Shown here: piece by piece, positions 40,857 through 53,340 of the stretch
How positions within the stretch are numbered: the stretch's first letter is position 1
Layout of the letters: each line of letters starts with the position of its first letter
The notes under the pieces: model-generated
Seen by the model: the letters and a program-made list of their open reading frames with translations, nothing else
The model's database searches: none
What the model was told of the DNA's origin: nothing
Program-made: the position numbers and the translations under genes
NCBI GenBank assembly: GCA_965153355.1
Contig: OZ231126.1
Location: 13,578,001-13,642,000, forward strand
DNA from: Flaccisagitta enflata
Taxonomy: Eukaryota
Length of the DNA: 64,000 nucleotides
Reading direction: 5' to 3'

Positions 40857-42484
40857 TCAATCTGTCTTACTTTTCTGCTGCCGTTGACACAAGAAATGCT
40901 TTTCATGATGGCAACGTGCAGCGATCAATTGCCTTGTGCCAAGGAGTGTCGGATTTGCCACGAGACAGTCTTTGCCTTTAGCGCTGTTTGGCTGACCATC
41001 GCCCCATGGAATTGTAGAACCATCCAGTTTTTCATCATTTTCGTCAATCCAGTACCACTTCCCTTCGCTCCCAACATCCGATGCTCCCAAGTGTACCCTG
41101 AAATTGATGCATGACCGATTATTTGCATGTTTGACAATTTTGTCATGATAACTTAACAAACATATGTGAGTTCTTTCTGGTTGTTGCTCTCACTGGTGTC
41201 TTGAGTCTTACCTGGACTCATCACAATGTCATTTGTAGAGGATCAGAGTCTTGCTTAACTCTAACTCTTGGTTCAGACATTGATTAATTTTTAGTTGCAG
41301 ACACGCGACTCTACACCTTGCCGTGTCGGTCGGTCGGTCTGTCCGTCGGTCACATTTTTGAATTCCGATCGGTTTTCGCATTACTGCTCCTGCCCAACCA
41401 TCCGCGACTGGACTACCGTGTATCCGGCCTTATTAGACTTGTGCGCCATAACTTTATACACCCCACTTTGTTGGTCCGCTGGTCCGCTGGTCTGCCCTCT
41501 GGTCTTTCTGTCCAGGAATCATAAGCTCACTTTTGAATGGTAGGTCAGGCCAACGAAGTCATTTTGGAGGTCATCGAACAATTTTTTAGAGTAATTGAGT
41601 CTGAGGTCACAGAATTTCCATTAAAGCCAATAAAGTTACTTTCTCAAAAATTGTTTGAGTCCATTGCGCCTTTTTTGATGACATTTCACTCATTATAAAC
41701 ATTTTCGTCAGTCGACTCTAATCATTCAAAAAATAAAGCCTCATGACTAATGTAATAATGAGTCGATCAGAAATCGATAACGCACACGCGACTGAGAGTA
41801 GGTTTTGGCCTTGGTTAGATCTACTAGGTTTTCCCAATTATTATGTATTGTATTACTGGCCATCCGGAGGAATGATTCTTCTGTCATTCAAGATTTGAAG
41901 GGAGATTTCATCATTGATAAGAGCGAGACGAGCCCGTTTTTGTTCCGAGATACAGGTGGATTTGGCATCTGACCAAATCTTCTGATTTGTATGGAAATGC
42001 TAAAAGTTCCCGTCTTCTGCTTGTTGGTAGTTACCTTCAAATAGAAAGGGCCGCAAACAAAACTCAACATGAAAGGAGCGGAGGCAGAAAGGCGCATTGG
42101 GCGGTCATTCGCTTCCACATCCCTAGCTTTGGCTATAGAGACCATATCGAGTCTTTAGACTTAAGTGTGAAATGGCGGACTAAATAAAGAATAGTGACAT
42201 GATGCTACTTTTGTGCCCTATGTTTTAATTAGTATTCATTCATCATTGGTCGCTATCTTCACAGACATACTCCAGCTTTTGAACTGTCCATATCTAGACG
42301 GACCGAAGGTCGGTTGGATGGATGCAGGGCTTGATGGATGGATGGATGGACGGATGGACGGATGGACGGATGGGCGAATATTCTGATATGTTAAGTTCAA
42401 TAACGCAGCTCAGTTACCCCAGTAAGCAGTGGCTTCCTTGGAGAAACAAATCCCCGCAAACAGGAACAAAATTTTGGAAGCCAT
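40857..42484 (-). CDS. Secreted single-domain C-type lectin (QPN motif)
   Basis: Exons 42484-42418 (signal [15 protein letters not shown]), 42132-42035 (or alternative 23-nt exon 42293-42271), 41999-41857 ([18 protein letters not shown]), 41097-40857 ([36 protein letters not shown]). Confidence 0.85.
41288..41432 (+). mobile_element. HINE-like family A element (intronic)
   Basis: TTTTAGTTGCAGACACGCGACT ... CCGTGTATCCGGCCTT. Confidence 0.75.
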
Positions 42485-43513
42485 AGCTTTAATGTCCAAT
42501 GTGCTTTTTTGCGGTCTTGGAACTGTTTCTAAATGCTCTGAGGCACAAATGAATCAATGTTTACCAAAGAATTCTGTTGCGATGTTTGCCAAGGAGTGGA
42601 ATCGATAAAAGTGAAAACTGATTCTAGTAACATTGGTTGAGTAAGTAATACATGTGGCAAATACAGATGGGAAATCATCCATACACCGTACTCTATATTC
42701 TATATATTCTATATTCTATATTCTACATAATCTCATTTCTATATATTTCTATATATTTCTATTTACTTTGCATTCTGCACGGTATATCAGATTATTTCTG
42801 TCAAAACTTTTCATTTCTACATATTTCACCGTTCCTGCGGCCATTCTAGTCGTTTGTGGGTTCCAGTGCATGTCCTTGCAGAAAATCAGGGAGATACTTG
42901 CTCTGTTTTTTGATACGACGCCGTAAAATATTCCTTTTCTTTATCAGTTGTACAAAATCGTTTTTAGGCCAAAGCACCTCTATAAGTGGCTCTGACCCCC
43001 CGTCCGTCCGTCCGTCGATCGGTCGGTCACGCTCGAATGAAAAAAGTCAAAAAAACCTGAAAATGTTTGAAATCACGTTAAATTTTCTTTTTTCATCATT
43101 AAGGTTTCTCGTCCTTTCAGTAATTATCATGTTCTGCTACGGTTAGGTCTGATAGAGCAGGAAATAGGCCTGATAGAGCTGGGGATAAGTCTGATAGAGC
43201 TCGGGATGGGTCTCAGAATTAATAAAGTCAAGCGTACCGTCGTGACCCGTTGTTTCCTCACACGACTACTCTAGTTAAGTGCACTTGGACAGATGCAACA
43301 GCGAATTTGGGTAATCAATCATTTGAATACGGGTAAAGATGCTCAAGCCACCTGTTTGAGTGACAGATATACTGACTGTCTGACCGATATAGTATGTTAT
43401 AGAGCACGCAAAGAACACTCCTGACACTTTTCCGACGGAAAGTGGCGCAATCGATACGAAACGCTTTTGTTCACAATCTTTACATCAAGAAAAGGCGAAA
43501 GGATTGCAGACAA

Positions 43514-43604
43514 TAGGGGTTTTCGCGTTGGGAAGATTATCGAGATATAACATAGGAAAAATCTAGATAAAATCTCGATATTACGCCCAATGCGACAACC
43601 CCTA
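43514..43604. mobile_element. About 90-bp palindromic mini-MITE
   Basis: TAGGGGTT.TCGC.TTGGG..ATCGAGAT / ATCTCGAT..CCCAATGCGACAACCCCTA. Confidence 0.6.
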
Positions 43605-43611
43605 ATGTGTA

Positions 43612-45513
43612 CAGTAGATCTCGTCTAGACTTGAGATAACGGGGGCAAGCATTGTGGAAGGATGCATGAAGCCAGGGGAGTGATATTTGGTTTATGGACT
43701 AATCAAAGGATACTTAGTTCCTCATGATAGCTGGTTGCCATGGAAACACATATCCATGTATTATCGCTAAAATATCAAGTATGAGTATGGGAAACAAGTG
43801 GAAGAGAAGCTGGTTTCGAGAGGGTATGGACAGAACCAAATACAGAAGCAGATGAAAGAGACATTCAAGATGGAGAGAGAAAAAGCGTTAGAAAGAGTGG
43901 AAAAGAAGAAAGATAGGAGGGTCAATTTTGTTATCACGCACAGTGCTTATTTACCAAATGTAAACAAGATTATGAAAAGGCATGGCCACTACCTGAAGGA
44001 GGATGGGATGGAGCGCTTCACCAAGGACTTACCAAGATTGAGCCTAAGGAGAGGAAAGAATATTGGAGACCTGGTTGTGAATGCCGAGGCAAGGGCAGAA
44101 GGGGCTGGGTCAGGCCCATGTGGAAGGGAATGAAAGCTGTGCAAGTTAATGCAAGTGACAGACACAGTAAAGGACATGGAGGGAAAAGTGCTGAAGATAG
44201 ATTCAAAGATTGACTGCCAAACGGTTGGGGCAATTTACGGGATGTTTTGCAAGAGGTGTGAGGAAAATTATTTATGTGGGTAAAACCAAAAACAAGGTTT
44301 GTGAGAGATTCAACGGCCACAGAGCGGACATGAGATTGGAAGATGACTCAAAACCGCAATACCACTTCAAGAAGGACAACCACGCGGATGATGACATGGA
44401 GGTTTTTTGACTGAGGTATGTGCTGGGGGAAGATGACGTCTACAGGATTACCCACGAACGATGGTGGATGAATCGAATGGGGACTTTTGAGGAGGAAAAT
44501 TGAAAGAGATAGGCCTCTGGATACCCTGGGTTTTTAGTCGTGGACACGCGACTCTACACCTTGCCGTGCCAGTTGGTCCGTCCGTCGGTCCGTCACATTT
44601 CTGAATTCCGAGCGGTTTTTGCAGTACTGCTCCTGCCCAACCGTCCGCGACTGGATTGCCATGTATCCGGCCTTGTTTTTTAAGAACTATATAAGATAAA
44701 AGATATTACCCAGGCGTAGAAAGAGGAGTATAAATTTTAGTGCTTACCAAGTACGCTTCATCAGACAATCTCATTGGATGCACTACAAAAAATTCGAATA
44801 TTGGAAGTTTCTTACTAGTAAAATGAGGTGAAATGCGGTTTGACACAGAATTTTATGGTCGACTGAAATGATTGAATTTTGTTGTTCTCAGGCTAACCTT
44901 CAAAAAGTGCATGAGGCACAAAATACATCGGGGTAACTTTTACATGTTATCAATATTTTGAGAGATTTTTAGTCGCGGACACGCGACTCAACACCTTGCC
45001 GTGTTGGTCGGTAGGTCGGTAGGTCCGTCCGTCAGTCCGTCCGTCCGTCACATTTTTGATTTCCGAGTCATTTTCGCATTACTGCTCCTGCCCAACCGTC
45101 CGCGACTGGATTGCCGTGTATCCGGCCTTGTTTGAGGGAACATTGCTCAAAATCAAATTTGCTACAACTTTTGTATGATATGTCCTGTAAGAATGTCGCT
45201 CGTTTAGTGGTTGCTAGGGAGCATCACAGGGTTGTCACACATAGATACGCTCCATAGCAACAGCAATATTCTTACATAACATATTGTAGGAAACTTGTAG
45301 CAAATTCAATTTTAAACATTGTTCCCTCAAAAAATCACTCAAAATATTGATAGTTTAGCGAGAATACATGGAAATGTGTTTCCATGGCAACCAACCATCA
45401 TGGGCAATTAATCATTCTCCTTTTAGTTTATATCCCAAATATCAGTACCCTAGTTTGATTTCTCTTCCCATCATACTTGCCCCCGTCATCTCAAGTCTAG
45501 ACGAGATCTACTG
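43612..45513. mobile_element. Long-TIR non-autonomous DNA element containing a Penelope-like fragment and two family A elements
   Basis: CAGTAGATCTCGTCTAGACTTGAGAT.ACGGGGGCAAG ... CTTGCCCCCGTCATCTCAAGTCTAGACGAGATCTACTG; imperfect arms extend about 140 bp (GGTTGCCATGGAAACACAT mirrored). Confidence 0.8.
43790..44512 (+). pseudogene. Decayed Penelope-like retroelement C-terminus (GIY-YIG endonuclease)
   Basis: RGY..; LRRGKNIGDLVV; PCGRE*KLC; IDCQTVGAIYGMFCKRC; IYVGKT..ERFNGHR; HF; ERWWM. Contains stops and a frameshift. Confidence 0.85.
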
Positions 45514-45828
45514 CATTGAGGTGTGACACTTTTACCCTTTTACAACCCTGTGTAGACATCTTGGATTTCGTCTAAGACAGCAAAAACTCGCATTGATGGA
45601 CGAATTCAGGTTAAGGAACAAGGAACTACAAGCATATAGGCTATAATGCACTATATAGCTGAAACATGATATTAAAAAAAGACTTATTCAGAAATCAGAA
45701 TTTGAAACAACATGATTATGATGTATGGCGATTTTTTCTCCAATAATGGCTTTTGCTGTGTATGAGTTGGACAACATTACTTGAAAGCAAAAAATCTATG
45801 AAACATTGTGATTGAATATTTGCACATT

Positions 45829-48712
45829 CTATTGGTCCTCTTTACCAGTCATAAACCAATGAAATATTCCGGCGATAAAAGTTGACTGAACGGAATACAG
45901 CACAAAATCCACAAATCCCGCCCATCTAAGCCCGACACCCCACCCTTCAATGCTCTCTCTTTCATCCACGATCAAACTCAATGTTGCCCACAGAACATAA
46001 GTCTGTTCAACCGCATCCACCACGAAATAACCACACAACATCCAAGTGAAAAATGACGACAATTTCATGATTCTCGAATACTTCTCGTTTCTGGCTTGAT
46101 TATTGACAAAGGCTAAGGCTTTCTTCAACTCTTCGGCCGTACACCAGTTGAAATAAATGCCAAATAAACATGGAATGATCGACATGAGTAAATGATAAAC
46201 GGGATAGATGATGAAAGTCGCGGGTATTTGTTTTGTTTCACCGTATGATTCAGTTTCAGATTCGGCAGCTTCATTGAGCATGTCCCAATGAGTTTCAGAA
46301 ATCCAGTTCATCGATCTAAAGTCCTTCTCAGATTTGAAATACAAGAACCAATTAAGAACGCCGAAAGCCAAGCAAACCGCGGAGAAAGAGGAGCACATCT
46401 TAATCGTGAGAATATGTTTCATTTGGGGTTTGCAAATGAGAATGAATCTATCGAATGATTGAGCGTTGATGAGCAGCTTTTGGCTCAATTTCCAGCTTTG
46501 AAAGACGCCGCTGAAAATTTCCTTTGTCTTGGAAATGACCCAAAGTTTTCCACCGTTTTCTGGATCTTTCACCAGATCCCAAATGAAACCAGAAAACACG
46601 CAGCCGATGTGGCCTTGGACAATTTAGGGTGTGTTTCTACTAACAATGAAGAACGCGTTCATTCCCTTCAAACGCGTTTTCAGTGTGAACACATTCTCGG
46701 AAATTTCAACAAACATAAGAGGGAGTGAGTGAAGTGAGTGAGCAAGCGTAGCAAAGCGAAGCACTGCAGAGTGAGTGAGCAGAGTGAGCGGTGCAAGTGA
46801 ACAAACATAGCGAGCGACCGACTGGCCCGTTAAAAACGCGATTTTCACGAGTAGAAACAGGCCATACCTTGGACAATTAAAAGATTGAGGACACAAACGA
46901 CGGAGACAACAATTCCATAGACATTGGCGCTGATTGGACTTTGCCTGAACTGACGAATGAATCGAAGCAGAACGGAAATGGCCAAAAACAAGCCGACGAA
47001 TGAGGCAATGGACAGAATGCCGTTTGGGACCAATTCTATGATGTCTATGATCAAACCTTCTCGCGCAAAGTATTCCTGTGAAGGGTTCAAAAGAAATAGT
47101 CGCAAGAGCGTTAGATGGTCAGCGGTACCCGTGCCCAGCTTAAGTGGGTTGTGGTTGAATCTGAGGGGGGAGCAGGGCAGCGGCCCCGAAGGGGTCGATG
47201 ACCTATGCTTTCACACGTATGGGGAATTTTCTCCTCCTTCTCCTCCTCCTCCTCCGCACCCGTTCCCCCTCCCCCTGGCCTCCAGGCCCACATCTCAGCC
47301 CGGAATCTTAGCCTTGGGGTTGGGATTTGGGCCTTGAGGGTGGGATTTGGGCCTCAAGACTGGGATTTGGGCCTCGAGGCTGGGATATAGGCCTCCGGGC
47401 TGAGATATGGGCCTGGAGGCTGGGGGGAGGGGGGGGGGTACGAAGGAGGAGGAGGAGAATGAGGAGAAAATTCCCCATATGTGTGAAATCATAGGTCACC
47501 GACCCCTTCGGGGCCGCTGCCCAAAAGGAAAGATATTGATGGGCTATCTGAGATTGTTGGTGAGGCGGTTCTTATAATAAAGGGTGAACAACCCCAAGTG
47601 TGGGAAAGTAAAAGCTAATTCCTCATAAATTACTCTGTATACTTCAAAACTGAAAGTTGCTTCTGGTTTTGGTTCGTCTAAAATGGCAAAGGGGATGAAA
47701 CCATGATGGAGATGGTTTCCCTTCATGTCAGTTATTTGTCTAATTTACTGTAAAAGTTGAGGTATGAGCATGCAGAAGTTATACAACGCTTAGCTTTTAC
47801 TTTCCCCCACTTGAGCTTGTTTACCGCGTATCATGTAGATAATGATTGTGTGACATAGAAAAGTGGTAGACAGTCTACTTTTACATGGCGCTGTTTGTGA
47901 TAGTTTGTTTGGTTTGTTGCACTGATCCAAGTAAAATATTCTCATCTAACATTGAATAGGTCGCCCAAGGGCAATATGTGGTCAGCGAAACCCGTTGCCC
48001 TGCTTTGCATGGTTGTGAATCGGAATGAGAGGAAGCAGGGCAGCGGCCTTGAAGGGGACAAAGTTCTGTAGAACACAGGAGGACTTCCGTCCATCAGTCT
48101 GTCTGTCCGTCAGTCCTCCCCAGGCCCTCACAAATCTACTATCTCAGGCCTGAAATCTGGCCTCTCAGGCCTGAAATCTCGCAGGTTTCAGGCCTGAGAG
48201 GGCTGATTCAAGGCTTGAGAGGGCAGATTTCCGGCCTTGGAGGGCAAATTTCCAGCCCAAAAGAGCAGGTTTCAGGCCCGAGAGTCCAGAGTCCTGGTCT
48301 TAGAGGGCAGATTCAAGGCCTGAGAGGGCCTGGGGGGGACTAACGGATGTACAAATGGACGGACAAACGAAAGTCCCCCTGTGTTCTACAGGACTTCGGC
48401 CCCTTCGGGGTCACTGCCCAAAAAGCAACCTACAATTTCTGTGGACGTCAGGGATGAATTGCCGTTTCTCGCTTCCTCCAATCTTTCTTCAGCAATACCT
48501 TTAACGACAAGAACGAGGGAAACATAAGAACTCAATAAATCAATCAACCACCTCTAACAAAATGCCATGATGGCCAGTTGATGGCCTTACCATTGCCAAC
48601 ATAAGTTACAAAACTCCTGGTAGAATCAAATGCTGTATGACATCGCGACTGGTGAATTCAACTTCATTATACCTTTGAGATTTGAAGTGATATTTGACGT
48701 AGAATTTCCCAT
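45829..48712 (-). CDS. Rhodopsin-like (class A) 7TM receptor, paralogue B
   Basis: Exons 47075-46868 and 46613-45829 join into a sequence colinear with paralogue A (SAN[V/I]YGI, QSFDR[F/Y]ILIC.P, PAT.I.YP.YHLL, FWFTG-like end). N-terminal exons 48712-48673 (MGNSTSNITSNLK) and 48498-48434 are tentative. Confidence 0.78.
46614..46867 (-). other. Predicted 254-nt GT-AG intron created by a MITE plus its target duplication
   Basis: CAAG|GTATGG donor and CCCTAAATTGTCCAAG|GC acceptor. Excision restores the frame and gap-free alignment to paralogue A. Confidence 0.72.
46625..46866. mobile_element. 242-bp MITE-like element with 12-bp flanking direct repeat
   Basis: TAGGGTGTGTTTCTACT / AGTAGAAACAGGCCATA imperfect TIRs. 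CCTTGGACAATT at 46613-46624 and 46867-46878. Internal GGGAGTGAG..TGAGTGAGCAAGC motif is also seen at about 2401-2430. Confidence 0.85.
47100..47527 (-). mobile_element. Family B element (intronic)
   Basis: GGGCAGCGGCCCCGAAGGGGTCG inverted pair at about 47176 and 47500-47522; 21-bp core. Confidence 0.8.
48036..48424 (-). mobile_element. Family B element with GCAGATTTCAGGCCTGAGAGG core
   Basis: Same core and end as the element at 1-1482. Confidence 0.8.
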
Positions 48713-49333
48713 GTTGACTGTACGACAAAAGTTTAATGTATGACGCGAGAAATAATCAAATGATCATCAACCAGTGGCCACAACACAATTCGTTTTCGTA
48801 TCGGCTCAGTGATTCAGCTTGAAAATGCTAAGATGACACATGGAAACAAAATTGAAAGTTGGATATTGAATTCAGTGAATTTGTGTTATCTTTACAACAA
48901 GAAGAGAAACAGCAGAGAGCGTTTTTTTCTAAGCATATGAATGTGGTGCTGTGCAGTGCAGTGCATTGAAGTATTGCCATTGGTACTTTCTAATGCAAGT
49001 GAGACGTTGAAAATCAGTGTTTGACAGTCATTTAGAAATAAAAAAAACTTAGATGTGGAGTCTTTATTCCGTAGCTAAATTCATCGCTGTCAAACGAGAA
49101 AGGATTATAGCCTATAATATAGGGGAAGGGGGAGCTCAAAATTCTGTATCAGGAACGGTAATTGCAGTTGATGAATTTAGTTCATCCAGCCGGGTATGAT
49201 GTGTATGATTGACAAACTAACTTGATGTTGATTTAGTTTTAACTTTTTCCGTGCAATGCATAAATTGACCTCATGCACATTGCTGTATCCGAACTGAGGG
49301 TACCCTAATTACTCAATAAACTCCTCATTCTCA

Positions 49334-50350
49334 TTATTTTTCCTCCTCACATTTTCCCGTGAACCAGAAGAAAAGCGCCGAAATAAAAGTGGCTTGAAGG
49401 GAATAACAGAAAAAATCCACCATTTCGAAAATTCGTCTCACAGGTTGGTAATAATTGGCGGCAACATCGTCCGTAGTTTCACTCTGCTTCGCGTAATTGA
49501 CATTTTTGTACAATAAGCTAATTTGATTCGCGACATCGACGATCAAATAAAACAAAAGCATTCGAGTCAAACAAGATGACAACTTCATGATGCGGGCAAA
49601 TTTCGCGTTTCTTCTTTGATTGTTAACGAAAGCGCAGGCTTTCCTCAGTTCTTGCTTGGTGCAATGATTGAAGAAAACGCCAAAAATGCACGGCAATAAG
49701 GACAACAACAAATGATAAATAGGATAGGCGATTGAAGTCGCGGGAACGGATTTTCGGTGGCCTCGAAGTTGAAAATGTTGATTAGATCCGAGTTTGTAAT
49801 CTGAATGAGTCTTGATGACGAAAAGTGACCATAAATCTTTGCCCACCTCGTTTTGATCCCAAAAATCATCGTCGGATTTTCGGTACAAAAACCAATTCAG
49901 ACCTCCGATAATGAAACAGCACAATGAAGCCAACAAACTCTTTCTCATCGACAAAATATGCTTCATGTGTGGTTGACAAATCAAAATGTAACGATCAAAC
50001 GATTGAGTTATGACAATCAGCTTCAAAACGACTTTGGAACTGTGAAAGACAACGTCGAAATATTCCTTCACTTGGACGTTGACGCTGTCCCACTCTCCCA
50101 TCAAATCGTGGACGATGCTGTAGAGAGAGCAAACGTTGATACCCTCAACGGAGACGAGATTCAACACGCAAACGGAACAGAGAATGATGCCGTAGATGTT
50201 GGCGCTGTTGGGGCTTTCTTGGTTCTGCTTCACGAAACGAGCGAGTGTGAAGAGACCAAACAGAATTCCCAAAATGGAGACGAGACTCGATGATCCTTGA
50301 AAACAGCCTTTGGTTATTGTTATATGTCGGTCGATTTCCATCGCGTTGCC
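49334..50350 (-). CDS. Rhodopsin-like (class A) 7TM receptor, paralogue A; TM region in one exon, N-terminus probably in upstream small exons
   Basis: 335-aa ORF with about 7 hydrophobic segments and SFDRY motif. A phase-0 acceptor (tttaag|GGC) lies at the position homologous to paralogue B. Confidence 0.85.
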   Translation of the reverse strand, partial: GNAMEIDRHITITKGCFQGSSSLVSILGILFGLFTLARFVKQNQESPNSANIYGIILCSVCVLNLVSVEGINVCSLYSIVHDLMGEWDSVNVQVKEYFDVVFHSSKVVLKLIVITQSFDRYILICQPHMKHILSMRKSLLASLCCFIIGGLNWFLYRKSDDDFWDQNEVGKDLWSLFVIKTHSDYKLGSNQHFQLRGHRKSVPATSIAYPIYHLLLSLLPCIFGVFFNHCTKQELRKACAFVNNQRRNAKFARIMKLSSCLTRMLLFYLIVDVANQISLLYKNVNYAKQSETTDDVAANYYQPVRRIFEMVDFFCYSLQATFISALFFWFTGKCEEEK

Positions 50351-51052
50351 CTTAAACAGTCAGTGTAAAGTATTTATTGGTATCTATCAAAAAATCCAGA
50401 ATTACCATCAGGATTCTGAATCTGAAAAAATGTTGGAATTTAGTAAATTTTGTAACTGAGCATCTAGCTGTTGATTTCAACAACCAGTTGATGTGGTTTT
50501 TGTTAATCACCAGAGGATGTGGTTAGAGATGGAAATGGAGTGTTAGAAATTTTTTGGGACAAAGGGCATACTCCATCTAACTCACCTCTTCAACAGATGC
50601 GCCCTCCCATTCAGATGCTTCCACCAACGCATTGAATTTATCTAGAATGATGAGCAGGTATGGACAGTTACAAATATGGGACATCGACTACTACATCGTA
50701 GCTGACATCAAAGACCTTTTAGAATGTGCTATTGTTGTTGTTATTGTGCTGTTATTGGCAATTTTCGTGATTCCGCTGCGTCCTATTGAGTATTGTCACT
50801 GAACCGGTACATCTGTAAAGGTCACCCTACAAAACCTTACAAAGGCGATGTAACGAAAATCTAAATTGGTATTAAAAGGAACCATGATTTCATCTTTGGA
50901 AAGATTCCAACTTGACCTAAAATATTTTACCTTCCATTATGTTTGTTCGATTTGAAGTTGAGTTGCCCATAATTGATTTTAATTGAATAGAAACCTAGGA
51001 TAAAATGGTTGTTTAAAATGATGACATGATTAAAGAATTGTGAATAGTAAAT

Positions 51053-51643
51053 AACAGTGGCCAAAATAAAAACCGGACGCTCAGTTTATCATGATTGACT
51101 GAATACTACACATACTTTTTACTTAAAATCCATGAGCATCTTAAAGAACTTCAAAAACTTCAAAATCTAGACCAAGCAGAAACTTCTAGCTTAAGTCGTT
51201 TTGAAATGACTTAAGATTGAAATTCAACACCCATTTCCTTGGAAGCAAATTACTGTGCCTGACAATAAGACACTTTTTGTTTCACATATTGTGTACAATA
51301 AAGGAATCAAATAAATGGAATGAAATTCAAGGTAAAATTGAAGTATTTTTAATTCTCTACAAGATGGAATCAAGCAGAAATCATGATTCTTACTCGTTTA
51401 CAAGCTATATTTATTCAAAGTTGGTTACTCTAAAAAGATTGATTCCAGATTCAATATTTCTGAGTGGTTATCTTTAAAGCATCATAACTTCTAAAGTTCT
51501 GAAGCTACAATGTTCTGTGAGAGCTCAAATGAAAGATATTTCGAAGCTCTTTGAAACCATCATGGATTTTAAGGGTTTATCTTTCTTGGTTACTGAGCAA
51601 TCCTTGATGAAAAAACAGCGTCCGGTTTTTTTTGGCCATTGTT
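51053..51643. mobile_element. Tc1/mariner-type MITE
   Basis: CAGTGGCCAAAATAAAAACCGGACGC / GCGTCCGGTTTTTTTTGGCCATTG inverted termini. Confidence 0.7.
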
Positions 51644-52210
51644 AGTTCTAAATGATCTTTACCTGATGCAAAAATGATTATTTTGAGTCTTGGCAGAGGT
51701 GTCTACACACTCCAAGTATGTCTCACATGTGTTCACTTACCGCGAAATTGACCCAAAATATATGTGATCGACAATTGACCTATTACATACATTTTTTTTA
51801 GAAACTTTGCATTGCCATGACTTTCAATCTAAAAAAAAAGCCTTCCAACAAGACGTTTTCTGAAGGTCTTGATCTTGGCTCTCTTACCTTATACAATATG
51901 GTTGATGAATCAATAAATTCAAAATGAAGCTTGTTCTCCCTGACAATCAAAGGAGAAGCATCTCATCAGAAGTGAAATGTTTTTTATAGTGTTTTCTAAT
52001 TATGAATCATTGCAAAATCATTGCATTGAATCATTGCAAAAGCACCTTTAAATCGGTTGCATTCATGTGGACGTTGATGTCGCTCTAATACCAGGGATAT
52101 GCAACTAAGCAGCACACATTTTTTTTGCAAATGAACGAATGAGTGATTGAATGAATGAATGAATGAATGGATGAATGAATGAATGAATGAATGAATGAAT
52201 GAATGAAAAA

Positions 52211-52278
<68 letters not shown>

Positions 52279-52771
52279 AAAAGAAAAATAGAAAGAAAAA
52301 AAAGAGAAAAAAGGAGAAAAGAGATTCAATCAATCAAACAACCAATCAATCAATTGATCAATCAATCAATCTATAGATCAATCAATCAATCAATCAATCA
52401 ATAAAACAGTAGAAAATAGATGGAGAAATGAATCGAACGAGGGGGACAAAGCCTGAAACAACCCTCTGTATACTTATCTTGTAAAGATGGTATGAAAATC
52501 AACTTGGAAAGTGATTACTGATTAACCAAATTGAATATCAACATTATGTGATTAAAAATGTTTTCTCGCCCGCGGAAAAAATAACGGAGAAATAAAATAT
52601 TATGTGACAGATTGATTTCTTCGATACAAGGCTGTATGGGTGTGCAATGGGCAGGACTAAAACCCTCCACATGTGAGTGGGCTGGGGCAGAAACTTAAAG
52701 GATAAGTGGAACCTCATGAGCTCCTAGCCAGATGTACCCCTACATGAGAAAGTGGGACAATTGATCTGGAT

Positions 52772-53340
52772 TTCTGGTCGCGTGCTACGCGACTCTACAC
52801 CCCGCTTTGTCCGTCCGTCCGTCCGGCGGCTGGTTGGTTGGTCTGTTGGTCGATCCGTTACCTTTTTTTTATAATTTCCATTGTTTGACCTCACCGCTCC
52901 TTCCCAATTGGTCTGGCGACCTCAAATATGGCTCCTGCCCACCTGCATGCAGCTGGGGTAGCCGTGTTAGCGGCCTTGTTTTCTCCAAATGTACCGCTAG
53001 TGTGTGAGTTGGGGATAAAACAAGGTACCATCGGACGGACCAACGGACTGACACATCGCCCAAACACCTTCATTGATCATCAACAGGGCCGGATACACGG
53101 CTACCTCAGTCGCGTGCGGGTGGGCAGGGGCCGTATTTGAGGTCACTTGGTTACTTGGGCAGGAGCAGTGAGGCCAAAGACCGCAAAAAAACAAAAAAAG
53201 TAAAGTGTGACGGACGGACGGACGGACGGACGGACGGACGGACGGACGGACGGACAAAAAAAGTAAAGTGTGACGGACGGACGGACCGACGGACAGACCG
53301 ACAAAGCGGGGTGTAGAGTCGCGGTGCACGCGACTGAAAA
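52772..53340. mobile_element. Two family A elements in opposite orientation (52772-52980 +, 53082-53340 -)
   Basis: GTCGCGTGCTACGCGACT..CGGCCTTGTT and its reverse complement. Confidence 0.75.

Noticed and set aside
41210-41260. Extra C-type lectin exon ending at CCAG|GTAAGA
   Set aside because: In-frame TGA and no acceptor; flanking exons already join in phase.
45829-47105. GPCR paralogue B as a TE-disrupted pseudogene
   Set aside because: The insertion has exact GT-AG boundaries restoring the frame and both flanks are stop-free. Not fully excluded without RNA data.
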